Shown piece by piece: positions 18,672 through 28,740 of a DNA stretch of 43,045 nt. This stretch comes from Candidatus Rokuibacteriota bacterium. Lineage in GTDB: Bacteria; JAUVQV01; DATDCY01. Location: assembly GCA_031406795.1 (NCBI GenBank), contig JANOHV010000271.1, positions 1-43,045 on the forward strand, given 5' to 3'. Within the stretch, counting starts at the first letter, position 1. Each line of letters opens with the position of its first letter. The position numbers were made by a program, and so were the translations under genes. The notes under the pieces are model-generated. The model was given only the letters and a program-made list of their open reading frames with translations, was not told the origin of the DNA and did no database searches.

Positions 18672-19682
18672 ATGCCGGAGTTGCGCAAGGATCCCATTCT
18701 CGGACGCTGGGTCATCATCTCCAGCGAACGCGGCAAGCGGCCGTCGGATTTCACCCTCCCCCAGGACCGCCGCAAGGAGGGGGGGTTCTGCCCCTTCGAC
18801 AGCGGCAACGAGTACACCACCCCGCCGGAGATTCTCGCCTACCGCGACAACGGCACGGACGCCAACAAGCCCGGATGGAAACTGCGCGTCGTCCCCAACA
18901 AGGTCCCCGCCCTGCAGATCGAGGGCGCGCTTGATCGCGTCGGCGAGGGCATGTTCGATAAGATGAACGGGATCGGCGCTCACGAGGTGATCATCGAGAC
19001 CCCGGACCACGACGCGACGCTGGCGAGCATGTCGCCGAAGGCGGTCGAGGATGTGCTCTGGGCCTATCGCGACCGAATTATGGACCTCAAGCGCGATCTG
19101 CGCTTTCGCTACGCGCTGATCTTCAAGAACCACGGCATCGTTGCCGGCGCGACGCTCGAGCATTCCCACTCCCAGCTGATCGCGCTGCCGATTGTTCCCA
19201 AACGGGTGCGCGAAGAAGTCGACGGGGCGCTGACGTACTACCGGTACAAGGAGCGCTGCATCTTCTGCGACATCGTGCACCAGGAACTCGAGGCCGGCAG
19301 CCGCATCGTCTGTGAAAACTCCGAGTTTGTCGCTCTCGCGCCCTTTGCGCCGCGGTTTCCCTTCGAGACCTGGATCCTGCCCAAGAAGCACGACTCGTCC
19401 TTCGAGGACGCCTCCCCGAAGCAGTTCGTCGCGCTCGCGTCGATGCTCCAGGAGACCTTGCGGCGACTCGACGTGGTGCTCGAGAATCCCGCGTACAACT
19501 ACATCCTCCACACCAGCCCGTTTCGCGAGGAGGACAACGAATACTATCACTGGCACATCGAGATCATGCCCAAACTCACCAAGGTCGCCGGCTTCGAGTG
19601 GGGATCGGGGTTCTTCATCAACCCGACGCCGCCGGAAGAGGCGGCGCGGTTCCTGCGCGAAGCCCGCATCGTGCGGCCCTAG
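18672..19682 (+). CDS. galT: Galactose-1-phosphate uridylyltransferase family protein
   Basis: MPELRKDP, RGKRP, CPFD, GAHEVIIETP, HSHSQ (HxHxQ), AGFEWGSG. Confidence 0.92.
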   Translation: MPELRKDPILGRWVIISSERGKRPSDFTLPQDRRKEGGFCPFDSGNEYTTPPEILAYRDNGTDANKPGWKLRVVPNKVPALQIEGALDRVGEGMFDKMNGIGAHEVIIETPDHDATLASMSPKAVEDVLWAYRDRIMDLKRDLRFRYALIFKNHGIVAGATLEHSHSQLIALPIVPKRVREEVDGALTYYRYKERCIFCDIVHQELEAGSRIVCENSEFVALAPFAPRFPFETWILPKKHDSSFEDASPKQFVALASMLQETLRRLDVVLENPAYNYILHTSPFREEDNEYYHWHIEIMPKLTKVAGFEWGSGFFINPTPPEEAARFLREARIVRP

Positions 19683-19691
19683 GAGAGCGCC

Positions 19692-20057
19692 ATGAAAGCG
19701 ATTCTGGTCGTTGACGACGAAGAAAACATCCGGCGGCTCTACGAGGACGAGTTGACCGACGCCGGCTACCGCGTGGTGTGCGCCGCCAACTGGGATGAGG
19801 CCCGGCAGGCCCTCGAGCACGGGCGCTTCGACCTGGTGACTCTCGACATCCGGATGGGTGAAGGCCCGGACGGCATCGAAGCACTGCGCCTGATCAAGGA
19901 ACTGCACCCCGGACTGCCCGTCGTCCTCGTGACCGCCTACGGGGAATACCAGGCCGATTTCGGGTCCTGGGCGGCGGAGGGCTACGTCGTCAAATCCGCC
20001 GACCTGACCGAGCTCAAGGGACGCATCGCCCGGGAACTCGGCGAGCCCGCCCCGTGA
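19692..20057 (+). CDS. Single-domain response regulator
   Basis: ILVVDDE, TLDIRM, VTAY, YVVKS receiver motifs. Confidence 0.9.
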   Translation: MKAILVVDDEENIRRLYEDELTDAGYRVVCAANWDEARQALEHGRFDLVTLDIRMGEGPDGIEALRLIKELHPGLPVVLVTAYGEYQADFGSWAAEGYVVKSADLTELKGRIARELGEPAP

Positions 20058-20211
20058 ATCATTCTGCTCCACCGGGAATCGTAAGGCATATGTTTAGATG
20101 TGTGCCAGCCTCTTGCCGAAACGGAAAGGCTGCTCCAGGAGGCCCCGTTGCAGCGCGATAGCCGCAGCCGGGGCCTTCGTTGCGGCCCGCATAGAGAAAG
20201 GTGGTGCCTTC

Positions 20212-22638
<2,427 letters not shown>

Positions 22639-22646
22639 AAACGAAC

Positions 22647-22758
22647 GGGAGGGGGTTAACCCCTCCCCTACATCCGGTACCGGTACGCGTTGGAGGGGGT
22701 TAACCCCTCCCCTACCTCCGGGATCGGTACGCGTAGGGGAGGGGTTGACCCCCTCCCC
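22647..22758. repeat. Cluster of three GTAG-type REP palindromes
   Basis: GTAGGGGAGGGGTT(A/G)ACCCCCTCC at 22647-22671 and 22692-22715 (minus orientation) and 22733-22758 (plus); between convergent genes. Confidence 0.85.
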
Positions 22759-22766
22759 CGCATCCC

Positions 22767-23786
22767 TCAGATCGCGGCCAGCTGCGCGATCTCGTCGAGC
22801 TTCTTTCCCGCCCCGAGGATGATCAGGCGATCCCCGGCGGCGATCTTGTGCTCCGGCGCCGGGTTGAACTGCATGTGGTCGTTGCGCTGCTTGACGGCGA
22901 CCACGATCGCGCCGTAGTTCTGCCGCAACCCGGTCTCGAGGATGCTGTGGCCAACCAGCGGTGAGGACGCCGAAACGAGCACCTCCTCCATCTGCAGCTC
23001 GAGATGTTCGCGGCGCGTCACCAGTTCGATGAAGTCGACGACGGCCGGCCGCAGGATGGCGTTGGCGATGCCCGCGCCGCCGATGACGTACGGGCAGACG
23101 ACCTTGGAGGCCCCGGCGCGCAGCAGCTTCTTCTCGGCGCCCTCGTCGCCGGCGCGGACGACGATGTAGAGGTCCGGGCGGAGCCCGGCCGCGGTCAGGG
23201 TGATGTAGACATTGTCGGCGTCCGACGAGACGACACTGACCAGCCCGCGGGCGTGCTCGATGCCGGCGGCCTGCAGCACTGCATCGTCCTCGGCGTTGCC
23301 GCAGATCGCGAGCACGCCCGGGTCGATCGTCTGGAAGATCTCCGGGTCCTGCTCCACGACGACGAACGGCATCGGCTTCTTGAGAAATTCCCGGCTGATG
23401 ACCCGGCCCATGCGGCCGTAACCGCAGATGATGTAGTGGTCGCGCAGCCGTGCGATCTCCTTCTCCATCTTCCTCCTCCCCATGATCCGCTCGAGCTGCC
23501 CCTCGAGCACGATGCGCGAGCCGTAGCCCAGGGCCACCGCGACCACCCCGACGCCGCCGAGTATCACCAGCACCGTGAACATCTTGCCGGCGGGCGAGAG
23601 CGGGTGTACTTCGCCGAAGCCCACCGACGTCAGCGAGATGACGGTCATGTAGAACGAGTCGAGCAGCCCCCAGCCCTCGAGCGCAACATACCCGAGGGTC
23701 CCGCCGAGCGTCACGATGACCAGCAGACCGAGGGTGACGGCCAGACCGCGCCCGCCGATTCGTGCCAGCGCGTTGCCGCCGCCCAT
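22767..23786 (-). CDS. Potassium channel protein (2TM pore + TrkA-N/TrkA-C RCK domains)
   Basis: Filter TSVGFGE, ICGYGRMG Rossmann motif, C-terminal GAIVVAVK..FNP. Start chosen from the promoter position. Confidence 0.92.
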   Translation of the reverse strand: MGGGNALARIGGRGLAVTLGLLVIVTLGGTLGYVALEGWGLLDSFYMTVISLTSVGFGEVHPLSPAGKMFTVLVILGGVGVVAVALGYGSRIVLEGQLERIMGRRKMEKEIARLRDHYIICGYGRMGRVISREFLKKPMPFVVVEQDPEIFQTIDPGVLAICGNAEDDAVLQAAGIEHARGLVSVVSSDADNVYITLTAAGLRPDLYIVVRAGDEGAEKKLLRAGASKVVCPYVIGGAGIANAILRPAVVDFIELVTRREHLELQMEEVLVSASSPLVGHSILETGLRQNYGAIVVAVKQRNDHMQFNPAPEHKIAAGDRLIILGAGKKLDEIAQLAAI

Positions 23787-23808
23787 GATGCCGACTCTCA
23801 CGCCCGAC

Positions 23809-23889
23809 ACCCTACCGTTTCGGCTGCGGACGGTCAAGAATTCATCTGTATTCTGTATTCTTGACTCCGCCGGGGGCGGGCCCTACCAT
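23809..23889. promoter_or_regulatory. Back-to-back divergent sigma70 promoters (K+ channel / tatBC)
   Basis: Minus: TTGACC (23837-23832), 17 nt, TAGGGT. Plus: TTGACT (23861), 17 nt, TACCAT (23884). Confidence 0.65.
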
Positions 23890-23925
23890 GCCGCGAGCGC
23901 GCGTGGTGCGTGTCGGAGGCGATCG

Positions 23926-24303
23926 GTGTTCGGAATCGGGATGCAGGAGATCGTTCTGATCTGTGTGATCGCGCTGGTCGTCGTCGGGCCGAAGAAACTG
24001 CCCGAGCTAGCTCGTGCGCTCGGCAAGGGCTACGGTGAATTCCGTCGCGCTTTCGACGAAATGAAGCGCAACGTGGAAACCGACTTCCAGACCGACGAGA
24101 TCCGCCGCAGCCTTCTCGATCTTCCGCCTCGACCGACGGCCGCGCCGCAGCAGCCGGCGGAGTCCCTGCTCCCCCAGCCGCCGGCGGCCACGGCCGATTT
24201 CACCTACCCGCCGGTCATGGACGGCTCCCCCCCCCCGCCGGAAGCCACCGAATCGCTGCCGGCCCGAAACCCGCCCCCCGCTCCGGGGCAAGATCATGGT
24301 TGA
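23926..24303 (+). CDS. tatB: Twin-arginine translocase subunit TatB (TatA/B family)
   Basis: (M)FGIGMQEI..ALVVVGPKKLPELARALGKG; GGAGG before GTG; Pro-rich tail; precedes tatC. Confidence 0.85.
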   Translation: MFGIGMQEIVLICVIALVVVGPKKLPELARALGKGYGEFRRAFDEMKRNVETDFQTDEIRRSLLDLPPRPTAAPQQPAESLLPQPPAATADFTYPPVMDGSPPPPEATESLPARNPPPAPGQDHG

Positions 24304-25078
24304 ACCCGAGGCGGAGCCCGGGTCCGCAGATCGCGTTTCGCTCGTCAGCCACCTCGAGGAGCTGCGCAGCCGGCTCGTGCGCGCGTCCGTGGCGATCCTG
24401 ATCGGTTTCGGCGTGTGCTACTGGCAGGTGCAGCCGATCTTTCACTGGCTGGTGAAACCCCTGCACGACGTGATGCCCGATGCGCCCCTGGTCATGCTCA
24501 AGCTCACGGAGGGCTTCATGACCTACCTCAAACTGGCCCTGTGGGGCGGCCTGCTCGTCGCCTCCCCGGTCGTACTCTATCAGCTCTGGGCCTTCGTTGC
24601 GCCGGGTCTCTACCGGCACGAGAAGAAACTGATCGCCCCGCTGGTCGTCGTCTCGACGATTCTCTTCGCGCTGGGCGCGGCGTTCACGTATTACCTCATA
24701 CTTCCCTTCACCTTCAAGTACCTGATCATGGAGTTCTCCACCGGCGACGTGAAGGCCACGCTCTCGATGTCCTCGTACATCTCGTCGACCTGCATGTTCA
24801 TGCTGACGTTCGGCCTGATCTTCCAGATTCCACTGCTGATGATGCTGCTCGCGCGTATGGGTATCATCAAGGGTGCGACGCTCGCCCGTAACCGCAAGTA
24901 TGTGCTGCTGGGGAGTTTCGTCCTCGGGGCGGTCCTGAGCCCGCCAGACGTCTTCTCCCAGGCCCTGGTCTCGCTGCCGCTTTTTCTGTTGTTCGAGATC
25001 AGCATCTGGATCATCCGGGTCCAGGACCTGCTCAAACGAAAGAAGACCGCCGCCGCTGCCGCCGCGCCCGCCGGTTAG
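24296..25078 (+). CDS. tatC: Twin-arginine translocase subunit TatC
   Basis: HLEELRSRL, YQLWAFVAPGLY, FQIP, SPPDVFSQ. Confidence 0.96.
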   Translation: MVEPEAEPGSADRVSLVSHLEELRSRLVRASVAILIGFGVCYWQVQPIFHWLVKPLHDVMPDAPLVMLKLTEGFMTYLKLALWGGLLVASPVVLYQLWAFVAPGLYRHEKKLIAPLVVVSTILFALGAAFTYYLILPFTFKYLIMEFSTGDVKATLSMSSYISSTCMFMLTFGLIFQIPLLMMLLARMGIIKGATLARNRKYVLLGSFVLGAVLSPPDVFSQALVSLPLFLLFEISIWIIRVQDLLKRKKTAAAAAAPAG

Positions 25079-25084
25079 GCCCTC

Positions 25085-25867
25085 TCAGCGGCCCGCCTCG
25101 GCGGCTGCGCGCGTGCGCGCGCGCTCGAGATCCTCCAGCGTGTCCACCGAAATTCCATCCCAGGGGGTGACGACAACGCGGATGCGGTGGCCGTGCTCCA
25201 GGATGCGCAACTGTTCGAGCCGCTCGGAGCGCTCGCCGAAGGTTGGCTCCAGCGCCGTGAAGCGCTGGAGGAACGCCGGACGATAGGCATAGACCCCGAT
25301 GTGCCGCAGGTACCCGGCCGTCTCGATGGCGCCGCCGCCGGTTCCGCAGGCCGGGTCCGGCCGGCGCGCCTGCAAGCCTTCGCGCCAAGGTATGGCGTGG
25401 CGGGAAAAATACACGGCGTAGCCGTCGCGGCCGACAAGAACCTTCACCACCGCCGGGTTCAGCAGGTCGCCGGCGTTGCCGATGGGGGTCGCGAGCGTGG
25501 CGGCCTCCGGGCCCGCCGCTGCCGAGAACGCCGCAATGAGCGCCTCCAGCGGCCCGCTCTCGACGAACGGTTCGTCACCCTGGACGTTGAGCACGAGATC
25601 GCAGTCCTCGCCGCCGACGGCCTCCGCAATCCGGTCGGTGCCGGAGGCGTGGTGCGCGCCGGTCAGAACCGCCCTGCCGCCAGCGGCGCAGACGGCGGCG
25701 CGGATGCGCTCGTCGTCGGTCGCCACAAGCGTGCCCGCCACGCCGCGCACGAGCGAGCAGCGGCGCCAGACACGAACGATCATCGGTTCTCCGCAGATGT
25801 CGGCGAGCGCCTTGGCGGGCAGCCGCGTCGACCCGATGCGGGCCGGGATCGCGATGATGATCTTCAC
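25085..25867 (-). CDS. kdsB: 3-deoxy-manno-octulosonate cytidylyltransferase
   Basis: IPARIGSTRLPAK, SGTDR, NVQGDEP, HIGVYAY, LEQLR. Confidence 0.96.
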   Translation of the reverse strand: MKIIIAIPARIGSTRLPAKALADICGEPMIVRVWRRCSLVRGVAGTLVATDDERIRAAVCAAGGRAVLTGAHHASGTDRIAEAVGGEDCDLVLNVQGDEPFVESGPLEALIAAFSAAAGPEAATLATPIGNAGDLLNPAVVKVLVGRDGYAVYFSRHAIPWREGLQARRPDPACGTGGGAIETAGYLRHIGVYAYRPAFLQRFTALEPTFGERSERLEQLRILEHGHRIRVVVTPWDGISVDTLEDLERARTRAAAEAGR

Positions 25868-25876
25868 CGCGGTCGG

Positions 25877-26875
25877 CTAGCGCGGGAGCGCCGCGAGCAA
25901 CTGGGACCGGTTGACCGGCACCGTCCCGAACTCGCCGACGACAATCCCCGCGGCGATGTTCGCCAGCAGCGCCGCCTGCGGGAGGGGCGCGCCTACGGCG
26001 AGGGCTAGAGCGAGCACGCCGACCACGGTGTCCCCGGCGCCGGTGACGTCGAAGACCTCCCGGGCAACGGTCGGGATGTGCAGCGGCTCGCAGCCGGGCT
26101 GAAAGAGGCTCATGCCGGCCTCGCCACGGGTGATCAGGATTGCGGCTCCTCCCGCGTTGTGCAGCAGGGCCGCCCCCGCGCTCTCGACGGATTGCTCGAT
26201 GTGCCCGGCCGTCGCGCGCGCGGCCGCGAGCGCCTCGGCCAGATTCGGCGTGATCACCGTGGCACGCCGGTAGAGTTCGAAGCGCGAGGACTTGGGGTCG
26301 ACGGCAAGAGGTCGGCGCGCCTTCCCGCGGTTGAGCGTGCGGATGCCGTCCATCAACGCCTCCTGGATCAACCCCTTGCCGTAGTCGGAAACGACCACGG
26401 CGTCGATCGTCGGCCAGGTCTTCTTCAGGAACGCGGCCACGGCGCGCTGGACCTCGGCGGCATGCGGGCCGAGCCGCTCCCGATCGAAGCGCACAACCTG
26501 CTGATGGTGGGCGACGACCCGGCACTTGAGGATCGTCGGGCGGCCGGCGTGCGCGCGAACGCCATCGACACCGATCCCGGCCCGCTTCAGTTGTTCACGC
26601 AGCCAGTCCCCCTCGGCGTCGGCGCCGACGACACCACAGACCTCGACCGCCGCGCCGAGGCGCCGCAGGTTGTGCGCCACGTTGGCGGCGCCGCCGAACC
26701 GTTGCGTCTCCTTGGCCACCTCGACGACGGGCACCGGTGCCTCCGGCGAAATGCGCCTGACCACGCCGGCATAGTAGCGATCGACCATGAGGTCCCCGAC
26801 CACGAGCACCCGCGCGCCCGCGAAGTCGGCGACGCGGGCGCGCAGACCGGCTGACGAATCCGCCGATCGCCTCAT
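25877..26875 (-). CDS. rfaE1: D-glycero-beta-D-manno-heptose-7-phosphate kinase (PfkB family, kinase domain only)
   Basis: RISPEAPVPV, GGAANVA, SDYGKG, TPN, DVTGAGDT. Confidence 0.92.
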   Translation of the reverse strand: MRRSADSSAGLRARVADFAGARVLVVGDLMVDRYYAGVVRRISPEAPVPVVEVAKETQRFGGAANVAHNLRRLGAAVEVCGVVGADAEGDWLREQLKRAGIGVDGVRAHAGRPTILKCRVVAHHQQVVRFDRERLGPHAAEVQRAVAAFLKKTWPTIDAVVVSDYGKGLIQEALMDGIRTLNRGKARRPLAVDPKSSRFELYRRATVITPNLAEALAAARATAGHIEQSVESAGAALLHNAGGAAILITRGEAGMSLFQPGCEPLHIPTVAREVFDVTGAGDTVVGVLALALAVGAPLPQAALLANIAAGIVVGEFGTVPVNRSQLLAALPR

Positions 26876-26945
26876 GGGCGCATGGCGCCGAAGATTGCAG
26901 GGAGCAGCGCGGCCACCCCGGGCTCGGGAAGCCGGGGCGCCCGGG

Positions 26946-27140
26946 TCAGGTCTGTTCCGGAACGGCCCCGGGTGTCCAGGGGAGAGCCTCCTCGAAGATC
27001 ATCACGGGGATGTCGTCCGTGATGGGATAGGCGACGCCGCAGCGCGGGCAACCGAGCGCAGCCGCATCGGGAGTCAGGATCAGTCCTCCCTTGCAGCAGG
27101 GACAGGCGAGAATCTCGAGCAAACCAGGAGCCAGGCTCAT
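26946..27140 (-). CDS. Trm112/YcaR family protein
   Basis: [12 protein letters not shown]...[14 protein letters not shown]. Confidence 0.9.
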   Translation of the reverse strand: MSLAPGLLEILACPCCKGGLILTPDAAALGCPRCGVAYPITDDIPVMIFEEALPWTPGAVPEQT

Positions 27141-27148
27141 GGGTGCCG

Positions 27149-27176
27149 ATTATACCGGCAGCGGCCGGTTTGTCAA
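27149..27176 (-). promoter_or_regulatory. Consensus sigma70 promoter of trm112-rfaE1-kdsB
   Basis: TTGACA (27176-27171), 16-nt spacer, TATAAT (27154-27149). Confidence 0.75.
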
Positions 27177-27245
27177 AATCTGATACAATTTGCATCGTCC
27201 AGCGGCTATAATCATCTGACAAGAGAACAACCAACAGGAGGTTTC

Positions 27246-27566
27246 ATGGTCAACGTTTCGGATGGCGCCAAGGAGAAGCTGCTCGAGTACCTCAGGACCA
27301 ACAACTCGGACCTCGCGGTTCGGGTGACCCTCTCCCACGGCTGAGGGGGGCCCTCATTGGGCTTGGTGCTGGATGCACCTAAAGCGCAGGACAAGGTTTA
27401 CGATTTCCCGCCCCTGAAGATGGTCATCGACGATTCGCTCCAGGGAGAGCTCGGGACGGTCAGCGTCGACTACAACGACTCGACGTGGCGCAGCGGCTTC
27501 AAGGTCACCTCCGCCAAGCCTCTCGGCAGCGGCGGCGGCGGCTGCGACAGCGGGAAGTGCTGCTGA
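27246..27566 (+). CDS. HesB/IscA-like selenoprotein (Sec at codon 33, UGA 27342-27344)
   Basis: AGGAGG RBS; one frame MVNVSDGAKEKL...SHG-U-GGPSLGLVLDAPKAQD...GFKVTS...GCDSGKCC; G-U-GGP.LGL.LD is the HesB-like selenoprotein pattern; hairpin downstream of the UGA. Confidence 0.88.
27361..27385 (+). promoter_or_regulatory. Putative bacterial SECIS element
   Basis: GCTT-GGTGC-TGGAT-GCACC-TAAAGC stem-loop; G-containing apical loop starts 26 nt after the UGA. Confidence 0.65.
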
Positions 27567-27588
27567 TCGCTCCGCGGACGTCGATTCG

Positions 27589-27623
27589 AGGCGCGGGCCT
27601 CTTGAGGGGGTCCGCGCCTTTCA
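27589..27623 (+). terminator. Strong hairpin / probable terminator between the selenoprotein gene and pheA
   Basis: AGGCGCGGGCCTC-TTGAG-GGGGTCCGCGCCT followed by a short T tract. Confidence 0.6.
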
Positions 27624-27627
27624 TCGC

Positions 27628-28740
27628 ATGAAAACCGGAAAAGCCCTCCCAAAAGGCGCCGAGCGCCTCGACGCCAACCGCGAGCGGATCGATGCCATCG
27701 ATCGGCGGCTGGTGGCGTTGCTCAACCGCCGCGCCACGGTCGTGCACGCCATCGGCGAGATCAAGAAGGCGCGCGGCATCCAGGTCGTCGACGCCGGTCG
27801 CGAGGAGCAAGTCATCGCGCGCATCGAGAAGGCGAACACCGGCCCCTTCCCCAACGAGTCGCTCAGAAGCATCTATCGCGAGATCTTCACCGCGTCGCAC
27901 CAGATCGAGGAACCGCTGACGGTCGCCTACTTTGGTCCCGAGGCGACGTTCACTCACCAGGCCTGCCGTCGGGTCTTCGGGTCGGCGCCGAACACCCTGC
28001 CGAAACCGAGCATCCGCGAGGTGTTCCGCGCAGTCGAGCGCGAGGAGGCGGCCTTCGGTGTCGTTCCCGTCGAGAACTCCACCGAAGGGGTGGTGAACCA
28101 CACCCTGGACATGTTCCTCGAATCGCCGTTGACGATCCACGCCGAGGTCGTCCTCGTCGTGCACCACCATCTGCTCTCGAAGAGCGGACAACTCGCGGAG
28201 GTGCGCACTCTGTATTCGCACTACCAGCCCGTCGCGCAGTGCTCCGAATGGCTGCAGGCCCACCTGCCGGAAGTCCCGGTAAGGGAAGTCTCGAGCACCT
28301 CCGAGGCCGCGCGTCGCGCCGCGGCCGACCCGGCGGGGGCCGCGATTGCCAGCCGCCTGGCCGGAGAACTCTACGGGCTGCGCACGGTGCGGCGCAACAT
28401 CGAGGACCGCCGCGACAACGTGACCCGGTTCATCGTCATCAGCCACCGGGAGCACGAAGCGACCGGCAAGGACACGACCTCGATCCTCTTCTCGATCAAG
28501 GACCGCGTCGGCGCGCTGCACGACATTCTGCTGCCCTTCGCCCGCAAGAGCATCAATCTCACCAGAATCGAGTCCCGGCCGTCGCGTCGAAGGGCTTGGG
28601 ATTATGTATTCTTCGTCGATTTCGACGGGCACCGCGCCGATCCGGTCGTCCAGGGCGTGCTCACCCGGGTGCGCCGCTCGTGCTCCGTGCTCAAGGTCCT
28701 GGGTTCCTATCCCACCAACCGGGAGGCACAAGAACGATGA
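27628..28740 (+). CDS. pheA: Chorismate mutase / prephenate dehydratase
   Basis: RERIDAIDRRLVALLNRRA, GPEATFT, PVENSTEG, NVTRF, LTRIESRPS, LGSYP. Confidence 0.97.
   Translation: MKTGKALPKGAERLDANRERIDAIDRRLVALLNRRATVVHAIGEIKKARGIQVVDAGREEQVIARIEKANTGPFPNESLRSIYREIFTASHQIEEPLTVAYFGPEATFTHQACRRVFGSAPNTLPKPSIREVFRAVEREEAAFGVVPVENSTEGVVNHTLDMFLESPLTIHAEVVLVVHHHLLSKSGQLAEVRTLYSHYQPVAQCSEWLQAHLPEVPVREVSSTSEAARRAAADPAGAAIASRLAGELYGLRTVRRNIEDRRDNVTRFIVISHREHEATGKDTTSILFSIKDRVGALHDILLPFARKSINLTRIESRPSRRRAWDYVFFVDFDGHRADPVVQGVLTRVRRSCSVLKVLGSYPTNREAQER

Noticed and set aside
22647-22758. Possible mini CRISPR array
   Set aside because: Only three units, one inverted, with ~20-nt linkers similar to each other and no cas genes; it fits REP elements.
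27246-27566. Pseudogene interpretation of the HesB-like gene
   Set aside because: The stop falls exactly at the conserved Cys/Sec position, is UGA, has a downstream hairpin, and both halves are intact.
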